Source: Tubiluchus corallicola (taxonomy: Eukaryota > Animalia > Priapulida). Taken from it: a stretch of 64,000 nt of DNA. The stretch is from positions 1,612,001-1,676,000 of the forward strand of contig JAQGDQ010000003.1 in the NCBI GenBank assembly GCA_030141605.1. The letters are read 5' to 3'. The notes below the pieces were generated by a model, which had not been told where the DNA came from, made no database searches, and saw only the letters and a program-made list of their open reading frames with translations. Shown here piece by piece: positions 39,501 through 52,367 of this stretch. Every line of letters starts with the position of its first letter. Positions within the stretch are counted from its first letter, which is position 1. Both the position numbers and the translations under genes were made by a program.

Positions 39501-42500
39501 GCTATTAGAGTAAATCAAGTCTCTGTCTAGCTATGAAAACTCGTACACGTATTACACGGATATTCTGCCTCCCACGGGTCCTTATTTCGCGTCCCCTGTG
39601 TAGCTTTATTAGCTTGTAACTACTGTACAGTACTTGATCTGTTTGCAAAATCGACTGCTAACTGATGGAGTAGTAATCGGGGGAATGCATTTGTTGTGTT
39701 ACTTCTCGCTGTATAAGTGTAATGTTGTGTCAACCCTAATTTGATATATAAATATTATAACTGTTGAGTGTCCATAACCTCTTCAAATGCTGTACAAACA
39801 TGCTGCATGATAACAGCTTTATAAGAGAAAAGTACATTTTTGAAATCAGTGAAATAATAATAATTAGTACCGTTAAACTCGAGAAGCAATCAAACAGTAA
39901 AAAATAGACCATTTTAAAATTAATATGTGCATAAAAATTTAACGATAAATCAAAAACATTTTGCCGCCTACGTGACTCCCAGCTCAGCAATAACAAAGCT
40001 TATAAAGTCGATGTATAAATGCTGCATGGTAATATTTGACAGCTATTATCACATGACAATGAAATACAAAAGTCTCTCTTTTTGACATGTTTGTCAGTAC
40101 AGGCGCGCTTCTTGAAGCTACGTTGATGAATTTTGAAAACGTTACTAAATTAACGAACTGAAGCCTGAAAAGCAATTGTAAGTAATCAAATTAGCCAGAA
40201 ATTGTAAAACCAGTCAATTAACGTTAGCTCTAGTAATTCTAATAACAATATAGTTCAGGTTATGACAGCACACGCAATCGTTATCATAAATAAATGTTAT
40301 CAGTTATAACTACTTTAAAAATAACTTTAAATAAGCACTAGAATTGCAAGCGTACTAACATATTATAATGTGGCGCTATAAAAAAAATCAGGAGTTCTTT
40401 TTACTTAAAAGAAAAGCAGGTCTTTGGCCTAATTATCCGATTATTCCCTCAAACAGTGTTAACATTGACAATTGCCTACAAATAACTTTTTGCATGTATG
40501 GTTTTGAGAATTACTTGTGCTTTACAATTACGTAAATATACGTTCTTGCAAATACTTCACCACGCGTGTTTATTGGCTTTTTCGTAAATACATTATCATA
40601 AGTTTACGCATAAACCGATAAAGTTTATAATTAATTACTTATTTAAAATAAATGACAACACAAATGTTGTAACTAGAACATTGCTACTTTAGTCCTACTC
40701 TCATTAACAAGTCGTTAAAATGAATAATGGTCTTTACTAAAACGCTTGTGCATCGTTTATGTTAAAACTTCAGTTCCGGGCTTTTAGATTAATTCTTTGT
40801 ATTTATATTTACCGATGTAAGGTATGTAACTCTGAATCGGCAACATCGCAATAATAGCGTAAATCATTAATTTACCTGAAGTTGAGTTAAGTTGTACCTG
40901 AAAGCCAATAAATGTTAACATATCGGTCTACAACTCATTATTTTTTATCGTGCTGGGTTGAGTACAATAGGATATTCACCTTCATTATAACTAACCTGTC
41001 ATAAAAGCGACACGGAGACATCTGTCGAAAATTTTAAATCCTGTTTAAAAGGCACACTCCGGCATTATAAGCTGGAAATAAGGGTACTAATTAGGTTTTA
41101 AGTCGCCTAGTAAGGGCACTAATTATCTTGTATTACAACAAGTCGTTTTGTTCTTACGATGTCTCTTTTACGATTAAGAAAACTGTCACAAATAGGATAT
41201 TGATCGCAGAACATTTCTATAGGTTATTTCTCTTGTAATGTACTTGATAAAAAGAAACAACGGAATGCTTAAAATTACTGACTGTTTTACATTATAGTTT
41301 TTCACGTGTCCCGCCTTTATTTTTTAATCACAATCACTATAAAAAATTCAATAATTTCTAGGCAAAGGCAACAACAACAAATTACAGTAATTTATTTTTT
41401 TACTTTTTAGTTTTTTAATACAAGCGATATACGAATTGTTTAAAGTGATTTTTATAAAAAAAAGAAAGGATACCAATTAATATTAACAAACTATATTCTG
41501 AGATTCTTTCCTTTAAAATACGCGCTTTCGTGCACAAAATAGCCTTTTCTGTAGAAAGCTAACAGCCTACTAGCTGTTTTTTCATCCCACAAATAATTAC
41601 CTCTTGCCTTTCTACGCATTTTTCTCATGCGTAGAGACTCCCACTGTTCATCTTCCACCCACTGCGTTCCTGATCAGATGGTCGTTTTTACGGGATGACC
41701 AGCCACCAAACAGCTGGCAGATGCAACGAATTATTCATGTGACAATGTGCACCGCAGCACCCCTGGTGGGCTGCCTTAACAACTCGCCAATACACCACTA
41801 GAAGCTCCATGTAGTCACAGCTAGTGCCATTGTTGGCCGGATATAAATTATATCATATATTTTGTAGGATAATTAGCCGGCACACTCCAGCCCTAAACGC
41901 CTCCTATTACAGACGAATAAACAGGAGATCGACGGTGGGTTGAAAATATTACACCTGTAGAGAGGTGGTTGCTGGGATATACTCTTATTACTCTAAGTTG
42001 CAGCCGGAAATGGTATCAACAATTATTAAACCGGTTTTACTACATATGAATATTGTATTTATCAAACTTATCAATACATCTTTGACAAGTATTTATTATA
42101 TCCATGCTAGCAGTCTAGCAGAATGGTTTACAACTGAGTAAGTAGCCAAAACAGACTTCAATTAATTGAATGCCAGTAAGTGATAGAAAAACCTTTAGTA
42201 TAAACTTGTTGTATCATTTCTCGTACTGCTATAATTGACAATTGTTTTCACAAAATTTGTTAGTACCGGATCAAAGTTCATCATTATTTTTTCCATTCAT
42301 TTTGATAATATTTTTAGTATATAATTCGCTTTAGTATATAATTGTAATTCACGTGATAGCGTAGCCAATCATAGTTTTTGTTCTTACAATATAATAATTA
42401 ATATAACTGTCTCATTTGATTAGCAATTCTTGACCGGAACTGATTATTTTGCTTATATAATCATAATTTTCCTTATACAAACAAAATGACTAATTCTATA

Positions 42501-43181
42501 CTGTAGTAAAGGCCAGATAACTTCAAAATAATGCAGCCATGGTCTACCATAACAAAGGCGTTAAGCTTATCATAACCAAACCAGAATAATTATAACTTCT
42601 TGGTGCATACCACCACACAAATATACCTATCTTCCTACAACTTCCAAATATCATGGCTGAAGCCATGCAGCAATATACATGTAACTGTATGGGCAAAAAC
42701 GACAATGCCATCAGTGGTTAATTTTTAATGAAGCTGAGCACAGCTCATCTATATAGCAAAGCTTTCATTCTCTCATCTTATCCCCGTCACGCGCGCCTGA
42801 TGTGCGTTTAATGTACTGTGCTGTCGTTCTGGCGGAATGACGACAAAAATTAAAATGAACTGCTGTACCTGTCACATCAAATGCAGCCAGGTTTATGAAT
42901 ACATGCAGACTAGTATGGCAAGTGTCCTTGCTTTGTCACGTTTTTTATCCATTATAAGTCACAGTAATTAGTTGCTACTTAAAATGATTATTATTAGCCC
43001 ATTCAGTTAAACAACAATCTGGAAAAACAGCAAATGTTTGTTTGACTTTACTTAAATAACCAGGCATATATGTGGAGACTAAAAACTCTTATTTTTCTTC
43101 TTCTTCCTTCAAAATCAACAGAAATAAAGGAAATAAAGACCACATAGGTGACACTTGTCATAAAAATAGTATCCTACTTAC

Positions 43182-43250
43182 CGATCAATTATGACTGGAT
43201 CTGATGGCGTTTCATTCCTGTTCCCGCAGCTTTTCTTATCGCAGCAGCGA
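43182..43250 (-). CDS. coe: COE/EBF coding exon 6 ([24 protein letters not shown]), completes the zinc knuckle
   Basis: Conserved [22 protein letters not shown]; 69 bp; acceptor ttttttgcag, donor GTAAGT. Confidence 0.98.
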
Positions 43251-44041
43251 CTGCAAAAAATTTCTTTGTTAATGCACCAAACGTAAAGAATTATAATCTA
43301 TAGTTACCAAAACAATTAAGGAAAAAACTCTCAAAAGGCTGCTAAAGGCTCAATTTATTACAGCTTTACATAAAATTAACAGCACCTTAGACAGTAATTA
43401 TTACAACACTAATTTTCCATGTACGCATATCATTGCATAAGCTATTAGAGAAAGCTATATATACAATGTGCATGCTTTTAACTGTTCAAATTCCATCAAA
43501 GATATTGCTTTAGGCCTTTAGGCAAATGAACATAAAATGTCCCAAACAACCAATAAATACTGTGAAATTGCAAGGTACATATATTATAGGGTACATGCAG
43601 ATGATATGATACTGTGGAGTAAATACATTTAAATAAATGTAAAAGACCCCGCTGAGACACTTATCGCCTTTTTTGCCCTGTCTGAACTGTCTATGTTGTG
43701 AACAATCAATTGTTCAAATGTCGTAATAAGGAAGTTCATAAGGTTGAAATATTACAGGCGATCTACTCGCATGGTATGTATTTGGAATGGTTAGCTTTTG
43801 CACATAAATGACTGTATACAGGTCAAATGTCACTTCACCAATAATGCCTTATACACTCAGGGTTAGAAGTATTTTTTGGTTGTATCACTTCATCATTTCA
43901 TATTTATGTCGAATGTAACTTCTTTTATTATTACGAAACTAAATCATTGAAGCTATGCCACTGTATCGCTATAATGTATCCCCATACATATATGGAATAG
44001 GCTGGCAACATTATAGATACCTTATAGGAAAAATGAGGTTA

Positions 44042-44131
<90 letters not shown>

Positions 44132-47100
44132 CTAAACATAACATAAAAAAAGAAAATTAAAGTCTGTACGTACCACCAAATGCTGAATATTTAAGTACGT
44201 ATTTTCGACTTAGTTTTTATTGAATATTTGTGCTTTCAGAGAATGTGCTTAGAAACATTAACTTCTAAAAATCAAAAATAAAGATTTCATCTACCATGTG
44301 AAATTATGGTAAAAAAAAGCTGAGGAAATTTTTGTTTTATTTGTATAAAATATCATAATAATCATCACAACGTTTCTTTCTTTGTATGACTAATACTATA
44401 ATAATCATTGTGATCTTAATGAGTAAAGATTGTATGTATGAAAGCAGCAGTGAACATAAGTAATTAATTAATGTACCCATCAAGTAATTACGCAAATTAT
44501 GAAGGTGATTTTACAGATGTTGAGATAAGGGAAGCGAGTTTAGGTTTCTATGGCACAATCGTAGAAGATGCTACCTTTACGTCGTTGTCTTTGAAGTAGG
44601 TAATAAAACCTATCACATTTAAAATGTGTAATATTTGCAGATTTAAAGAAGGTGAATTAAAATACATCAAATTGAAATGAAACAGCAAACATAAGTTCAG
44701 CATTTACATTCAGTGATTAACACTTTTACTGACATATAGTTATTTTATTTTATGTCAACCAATGTAAATTGCAGTAAAGTAAGAAAATACGAAAGAAAAA
44801 TGCTAAATGAACTGGTGTGGGCTAAGTGAATAAAAATAACGAACCTAAAAAGTAACTGTTAAAACGATGGACAAATTGGTACGTTGCGGTAACTACCAGT
44901 TTAATGATTAATATTATGTTTACATGTCGGAGTAAGGCAAGGGGATTGTCATAATGCAAATGCCCAACCGGTACTAAAATTTGACACAGGTTAAATTCAT
45001 ACTTTGGGTCGTGCATGTGGCTATTACTATAAAACGTCGCATTTTTCCTGCAGGCTCTCATATTTACTTGAAACAGCAGATAACAACTTGTGACCTTATT
45101 TATCTTACAATCGGAGTAATAAATAAAGCGAGTTGTCAGATGCTATATTGATCATCCACTTTTGTCTCACCTCCTGCCGTCTTCAGCTCTACTGAATTAT
45201 GTAAGGTTAAACGCAGCGTGAAATAGTCTTAGTATATAAAACAGCCAACACCTTTGCTCTCTAATCTCTATGATAGTCCAATAGAATTATAATTATTACG
45301 AAGCTGCTTGGTATAGCTTAAAAGATAACTTGGAAATGAAGCCAGTTGCAGCAAACCAGTGTCATTGCTCGGAGAATCTTGGTTTGAGATCAAATTTGAA
45401 TGGTATTCTAAAGCAAGTCAAACACCGGTGGATGACAGCACCTGTACTGTCGATGTCAAAGCATCGCTGCTAGATAACTCGTGTCAAACCATGTGTCACT
45501 TTACAAACTTGGGTAATGTCTTCAAGAAAGAATCAGTACTAATCATCTAATGCAAAACCAACATGTTCCATGTGGTGGTTCCTAATTAGAATTATATAGT
45601 ATAACACTAAGTTTCAATTTCAACTTCATGTGGCACGTCTTCAGAATTGGATTGCCAGATACGGAAAAATATTTTGGGGTGCCGCCATCCAACGCAAGAC
45701 TGGCTTGGAGTTCAGACTTCAAGTATTTTTATCATTGCATTATATGACATTGAACTCTGTTCCAATTTCAACTGTTTCGAATGCGCTAATAACTGATACT
45801 GAAAATTTGAGGTTCCAATTCAAAGCTTCATGTCTTTATAATCGTATCATCTGATTTTGAATTATTCGTGTTGTCCTTTTAACAGAGCAGAGTTCCATTT
45901 AAATTTTAAAGTTTACTTGATGTCTTCAGGCCTAGATCCTCGTGCGAAACTAACTTTCGTATTTCAAGGTGGCCGCATAATTGAATCAGCTGCTTACAGA
46001 ACCATGTTCATAGGTTCAGTTTATTTACTAGGTTCAGATTCCTGTTCTATTCCAGTTTTCAAAGTGTCCATATAAAGAGACCCAAACCATTATAGTTTTC
46101 ACTTATTTCAGTGGCAATGTGTCAGGCAGTACGTTGAGCTAACTTTAAATTGCAACACTAATAAACATTCTCAGCTTAAAGTTTTCGCAAAGAGAAGCCG
46201 CTGAAGTGGGACGCTTGACAGAAAGAAGCAGGACGTGTGAACTGAAGCCAGTTAGAGTAAAAACACACGCAAGTTTTTTGTGTGTGATCGCGCCGTGTAC
46301 GTGCGGAACGTCCGGTTTTACGACAGATAAAAGCAGTCAGACGACACACGAGAGCGTCAATAATTTCTCACATCGTAATCCCATGTGGTACAGCAGTCAG
46401 CCGTCCCCAGAGTGGTGAATCCCTACGGGTTTTCATTTCCACTTATTGCTGCAACAGAGCTGGCTTTCCTATAACTCCTAAAAGCTTTCAAATTAAACAG
46501 TTGAGTGATTGGAACATATGCACAGGGTAAATGCCCCAAGATTAGCCAGCCACATATGTAATGCTTTATCAAAAATTGGATCAGTGAATCAAGGAATTGT
46601 CATTTCTGATATCACTGAATGTAGGGAATCAGAGAGTAGCATGGTTTTCCTCTTTCAGTGTGTTTCGTGGACAGATGAATCGCTAAGTGGTCGTAGTGTC
46701 CACCACATACAGAATTTTCAAGATCGGTTCTTTAAAATCTAGCTCTAATGCGTCTTCAACAAGAACACAGCATCTTTCAGTGAATTGACTGCATATGCAG
46801 GGTAACAGGGCAGCCAAGAATATTAGTGCTTTTAAAAATGAAATTCTTTAAGACTCTTCAAAACTTTTGTGTGGGAGGCTATAATATTATTAAAAGTAAG
46901 AGGTTTGCACTGTTATTCGTGCACCCATATTTATGCACCGCCTGGAGATTTGACTCTCTCCACAAGAGACTCAGAATTTGTCATCAGCGTTCATCTGTCT
47001 CTGGGGAACCTGCACACAGAGAGAACTATTCAATTGATTTTAAATTTTGATGATGTGCTAGCCTCCAATATACTACAGTATTCCATAACTTCAACACTTT

Positions 47101-48475
47101 AGATGTGCCCGCGGGTATGATAAAGCTTTGAGGCTTTAAAAGAATCATGGTGAAAGCACTAAGCACGAATGAACTGAAGACAAAAGCGGAACTCAAATAA
47201 ATAATTACTAAAAGCTTTTACATTGATAATGATGATAAATAAATATAGTGGTTTTAAGGGCATTCTCCAGCATTGAACTCCAACTAGTGGGTTTATACTT
47301 TATAGTAAGAAATTAATCTACTTAAACCACAGACTGGCTGGTTTATCTCATTCTCGTTTTGCACCATCATTGAAAAATTTCTCTTGTTAACTTGAATTCA
47401 TCTAAAACATCCGGTGTGAACTAATGTGAGAATTCTGTTGCACTTATGCTATTACGCTATGTTTTAGTGTTATACACAAGCTTATTTCCTTTCATATAAG
47501 GTCTTACTTTTTTATTCGCACTGTGCAATACAATAGCTAGTTAGCACCAGGAATTTAAATTCTTGGACAAATGTCAGCAAAATGCAGCAGAAAATCAGAA
47601 ATCTATAATACGGTCATCAATCCAAACCACTGAAAAAAAGATTAAAGCGCTAGTAATTTGGACTAATTTCGTTTTTCCGGTCTTATTTTGGGAGCTCCAC
47701 GAAGAAAGCAAGACGTTACGAATCTCTGTCAACAACACGTTCTCCACATCATGAGAGCCCTCGCCTCTCGCGTGTAAGTCGATTGAAAGGTTATCACTTG
47801 AAAAGCAGGAAATTATTTAAAGGGTCGTTTCCTGCGAGTTTGACTTGTTACATCCGAGTGTCTTTGTTTCCGAGTGTCAGTCGGATTAAGTCGACACGTG
47901 ACCATGACTGCTTGACTAGGAGGCAAAAAGAAGCCCACCGTTCGCCATCTGTGCCCCTTCTTTTTCATTATTTACATGGCTTACTGTCAGTTATAATCAC
48001 GACGCATCACGAGGTATAGGCCCGCATAGCAATTATGAAAATAAATCAACATATTTGGCAATTAGCCCCCGGGTGCGTTTTGGCGCACGCCCGGCCCGCG
48101 ATTAACAGCATATATGTTAGAATAATTGCCGCAAAATCAAATTTGCAAAAATAACTAGCCGCGAGTCATGAGGCTTTTCGTATGCATATCTATTTACACA
48201 GTGGGATTTTGTAGACGCAGTTAAGGCGACCTTCCCTTTTCATTTACGTCTATTAGTCAAGCGACCTTATACATGGTTAATAAATACACTAAATGATCAC
48301 ATGACGTTTCAGAATTTCAGAACAATGCAAATAAGAGCACTGCAAAAACAGCTCAGTTGGTGAATTGCAAATATCTGGGTATTCGGGTTCGCAAAAATGA
48401 TGCCACTAAATGTCAAAAGTACAGTTAGAACGCTAATCAAGAACTCAAAATTACTTTGATAACTAAATTGCTTAC

Positions 48476-48531
48476 TTGTTTTGTAACAGAGTCAATAAGT
48501 CTAACGTAGAGGTCCTGTTCAGCTCGCACGC
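48476..48531 (-). CDS. coe: COE/EBF coding exon 4 (GVRAEQDLYVRLIDSVTKQ)
   Basis: EQDxYVRLIDSxTKQ motif; 56 bp; acceptor ctattag, donor GTAAGC; phase consistent with neighbours. Confidence 0.97.
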
Positions 48532-48832
48532 CTAATAGAAAAAAATTATGTTAATATAAGCATACATTATAATCCGTTGTTGGCATTACCTTGTTAACAG
48601 TAAACATTATGACTAATCTAATTGTCTTGTACGCTTATTATTATAAGTTAAATTCATTTGGAGTGATACAAAGATACAGCTTTCGTAGGAATACAAAAGC
48701 CCATATAGCAGCAACAGCAGAATGTTCAACAACAATAACCTACATCCACTATTATTAAATTGCAAATTGAATCCTAATGGACTGAGTTGGAGCTGTACTA
48801 CAGAAGATGACAAAAACTACAGAAAATCTTAC

Positions 48833-48896
48833 CGTTCGCATATAGAAGCTGTAACCTATAATGGATTCCATTTCTTGTGTTTTGGCCTTCCTGTTC
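48833..48896 (-). CDS. coe: COE/EBF coding exon 3 (EQEGQNTRNGIHYRLQLLYANG)
   Basis: NGIHYRLQLLY motif; 64 bp; acceptor cattttcag, donor GTAAGA. Confidence 0.97.
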
Positions 48897-49194
48897 CTGA
48901 AAATGAAACGTCTTTATGATATATTTATTCATAGTACCCTATTTTGATCGCCAAAAGTAAAAACTAGCTGCTAATGTTACCTTAGATTGAAACTTGCTAA
49001 AACATGCAATAAAACGTAAGTTTTTGGTTGCAATGTCCTTATTAAAAATAATTTAAGATTTCTGAAGGAAAAATCAAGAAAACTTATCACGGCGCATACT
49101 TGGTGTCGTTACACGTGCAACATTTACTTTCTCAAAAATGTAAGCAGTACACAATTCAAGCAAAACGTGTTTGAAATAAACAATCCAAACTCAC

Positions 49195-49212
49195 CCCGTC
49201 ACTTGTCACCTT
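49195..49212 (-). CDS. coe: Candidate alternative 18-nt microexon of coe (KVTSDG; 15-nt VTSDG form via NAGNAG acceptor)
   Basis: Minus strand reads pyrimidine tract...ttgccactgaattccccAG|AAGGTGACAAGTGACGGG|GTGAGT. Length is a multiple of 3, it lies in a phase-0 intron and has no stop codon. Predicted from sequence only. Confidence 0.55.
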
Positions 49213-52210
49213 CTGGGGAATTCAGTGGCAACGTTGGAAAACCGAGAAAATGATAAAATACAAAAAATCAATAACTGAGCAGCCAGCAGCAAGCATACAA
49301 CATTCAACTTTATTTGGACACCATGCCACCTAACTTCAAATGTATTAAACAAAATCTGTAATAATAATGCAACAGGGATAACGTAGAAAGCCATGCAACA
49401 TATACACAATATGAAATAATCACATACGAGTAAATTTAAATTAGACAAAATTGCTAAGTACATTTTTGCAGGGGAAAATTAATTTTACGAACAAGTCTAA
49501 CATACACGTTGAAATATTATATTCTTTAAATAATAAGCAAATGGTTGAAAATCAAACATCAAACAAATGACAAAATTGCCATTGCAAAAAGTAATCAGAA
49601 TTTTATCATTTTTTGCAAAATATTTAACATTCAATGCTGTTTAAAATCCACATTAACACAGTCATGCATTTGAATCCATTACTATTATAATATCTTTTTT
49701 TGTAAATTAAAAAAATACTATTAGCAGCAAAATTATTGCTTAACCCCATAGTTTTACTGTATACAGACTTAGACACTATGAGCGCAAAACGATACAGGGC
49801 CTTCTTACTGCAATATAGATGATTGTGGCAAGACCGGAATCCATTGTATTATCAAAGATAAATTCTTTAAGATGAGATATTAAGCCGATAGTTTTTATCC
49901 TGGCTATGTTTGAATTTATATACATTCTCCTCAACGAGGTAAATAATCGAGAGACAGTACGACAGACAAAACCGCACAGAAGCAGTGCTCCAGGCGGTCA
50001 CACATTCATTTACTAACCAGACCCGGCGTTAATTTCACCCGCTAAGCGCAAATTTAATGATTAATTTCACACAAATATGTAATAGCATAATGGGAATCGC
50101 GAATTTAGCAACAATTAATCTTAATAATTTCGGCTGTTAGACTAAGAATCTATAGGCTTACTTATCTGATTTTAGGAACTTGAACCCCTTTCTGTATTTC
50201 AGTGAAAATATCGTATTTTCGTATGATGCCATTTTTTCGTATATTACAATATATAAGAATTTGAGGTTTATGCTAAGTGGAAATGCACGTAACTGGAACG
50301 GAATGTGTGCTTCTGCATCAGCTTTGTGGAAGTCCATCTACTGGTGTTTTATGACTGTCACAAATACCCAACAGAAGACTCAGTAGCAAGACAGTCCTTT
50401 GCTAGAAGAAGGACAATCATTTAGAAACGGATTATCCCTAATCTGATCCGATTATCTAATCCGTACACTTTGGCATGTTTATGTCGGCACTCCTTTAAGA
50501 GAATCGTCTGACTACTGAACTAGTTGTAAGAGCTGAATGGCGTGGCAAGCCGACAGGACAGTATGTTTATCTGTTCGGTTTGCTACCGTAATGCCTCATA
50601 ATTGATTAGGAAAATTTACGCAATGATTATTGCTTGTCGGGCCATTCAGAATGACTTGACCAGCGTGACTTTGCTGGTTGGGTAACTTTTACGTAAAGGG
50701 CCACAACCATTGTCAAAACAAGACTGTAGCCACTGTACGTGTATATTGTTCAGTATGAGGTCTTAACAAAGATGACCAACGCGACGAACAGGTTCAAAAG
50801 ATCTTATCTTCTCCTCAGTATTGCTGAACCACCATGCGACAGACTTTCTTTTCTAGCACTTTCTAGATCGTTTGGAGAAGTACTGGAATGATCTTATGTC
50901 ACTGAAGCTTAACACTATTTTCGCATGCAGTATCCTTTTGTGTCAAGAAAGGAAGGGGGACAACTTGAGTAAAAACATTTGAAATAGCTGTGTTTGCTGT
51001 ATTTCTACTACCAAAACCATTTGTACTAACCGTCGCGAACATAAGCCAGCGATTTAGTGGAAATGCAGTCCTGAGGACTTGGCAACAAAAGCAAAGTGAT
51101 TTATTTCTTTTTTATGTACAGTTCAGTTTTTTGGGCCAGGCCACTTCTTCCAAGTCCAGCAAGAATATAACGTATTGTTACGACGTTGATTTAAAGTTTC
51201 ATCTACTCCTCGACTGTAGTTAGCTTTTTTCTGCGTTGCATTTATGATATAAGGTCGATTATCATTAGCAAGAAATCAGTAACAAGCTTAAGAGATCCAG
51301 AACGTGTGCTTGTAATTTAGTCCGAGCACAGAAACACGTCCGATTATTCGTAATCATGTTGCTTATTATGGTATTACTTTACACATTGTCTACAGCTGTT
51401 ATGGGATAATCAGACACACAAGTCTTCTAGACCTTCTGTTGTATATACGAATCATAGAATACGTAAGTAATTGGAGCCTAGCAAAAATAGCAACTAATCA
51501 CGCAAATTTCAAAATAGAGAAAGTCGTCCAAGAAATTGTCAGTGTCTCAGTTATATAGTCAGTTAGTTCCAAATTCTCCATTTGTTTTGGTACATTTTTC
51601 CAATTTTAAATTCAATGTTCCGTAACTGTATTCAAGAATGTGAAAAGAAGATTTTTTGCGGACAGAATTTAAAAGAAACAACACAGAGGGACTATAAACA
51701 AAACGTTTGTTGTTGTTTTTTAATAAGAAGCAGGAATAAAATATTTTAAAAAAAATTGCATAGAAAAACGCGATATGCTTTGTAAGCAAACTGCCTGACA
51801 TAATTACTACATTTACTTACAAAATTAACATCGGTAACTTTTATCAGGTCGAAATATAAAAAAAGAGAAAAAAGAAGTAATTATGTAATTCATAATAATC
51901 TTAAAGGAAGCGAAGGACTGATTTGCTGGGATTAGAAAATTCAAATTTACAACTCTGTATGCTGAAATAGCCCAAAACCAGTAGGCCTTTGACAACGATT
52001 ATATATCTTAATATTTCACGAAAACGCTCATGAAAATTAATTGGATTTTCTTCTGTAAAAATATATTCATTCTTAGCGCTTCATTTTTTCTATAACTTAA
52101 ATAACGGTGTAACTGGCAGTCTTCTTATACTAAAAGTTGAGTTATTGCAAAATTTCGCAGTACGGCCTAGTTTAAAGTTACGTTAAAATGATCTAACAGT
52201 TTATATTTAC

Positions 52211-52367
52211 CAAATCTTTCTCGACAAAGTCGATGAATGCAGTGCGTTCAATCTCCACTGGCTGTCCAGTTCGATCATACAAAGCCACCACAAAGTGAAA
52301 GAAATTACTCTTTCGTAGATTGCTTGGAGGTTGTTTTTCATAATGAGCTCTAGCCAGACCCGGCACG
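52211..52367 (-). CDS. coe: COE/EBF coding exon 2 ([52 protein letters not shown])
   Basis: Signature COE DNA-binding domain sequence; 157 bp; acceptor tttttcag, donor GTAAAT, ends in phase 0. Confidence 0.98.

Noticed and set aside
48860-52350. Substitutions RAHYEK (versus RAHFEK) and TRNG (versus TNNG) in the COE domain
   Set aside because: Conservative or in a variable loop; I cannot show they are unusual without an alignment.
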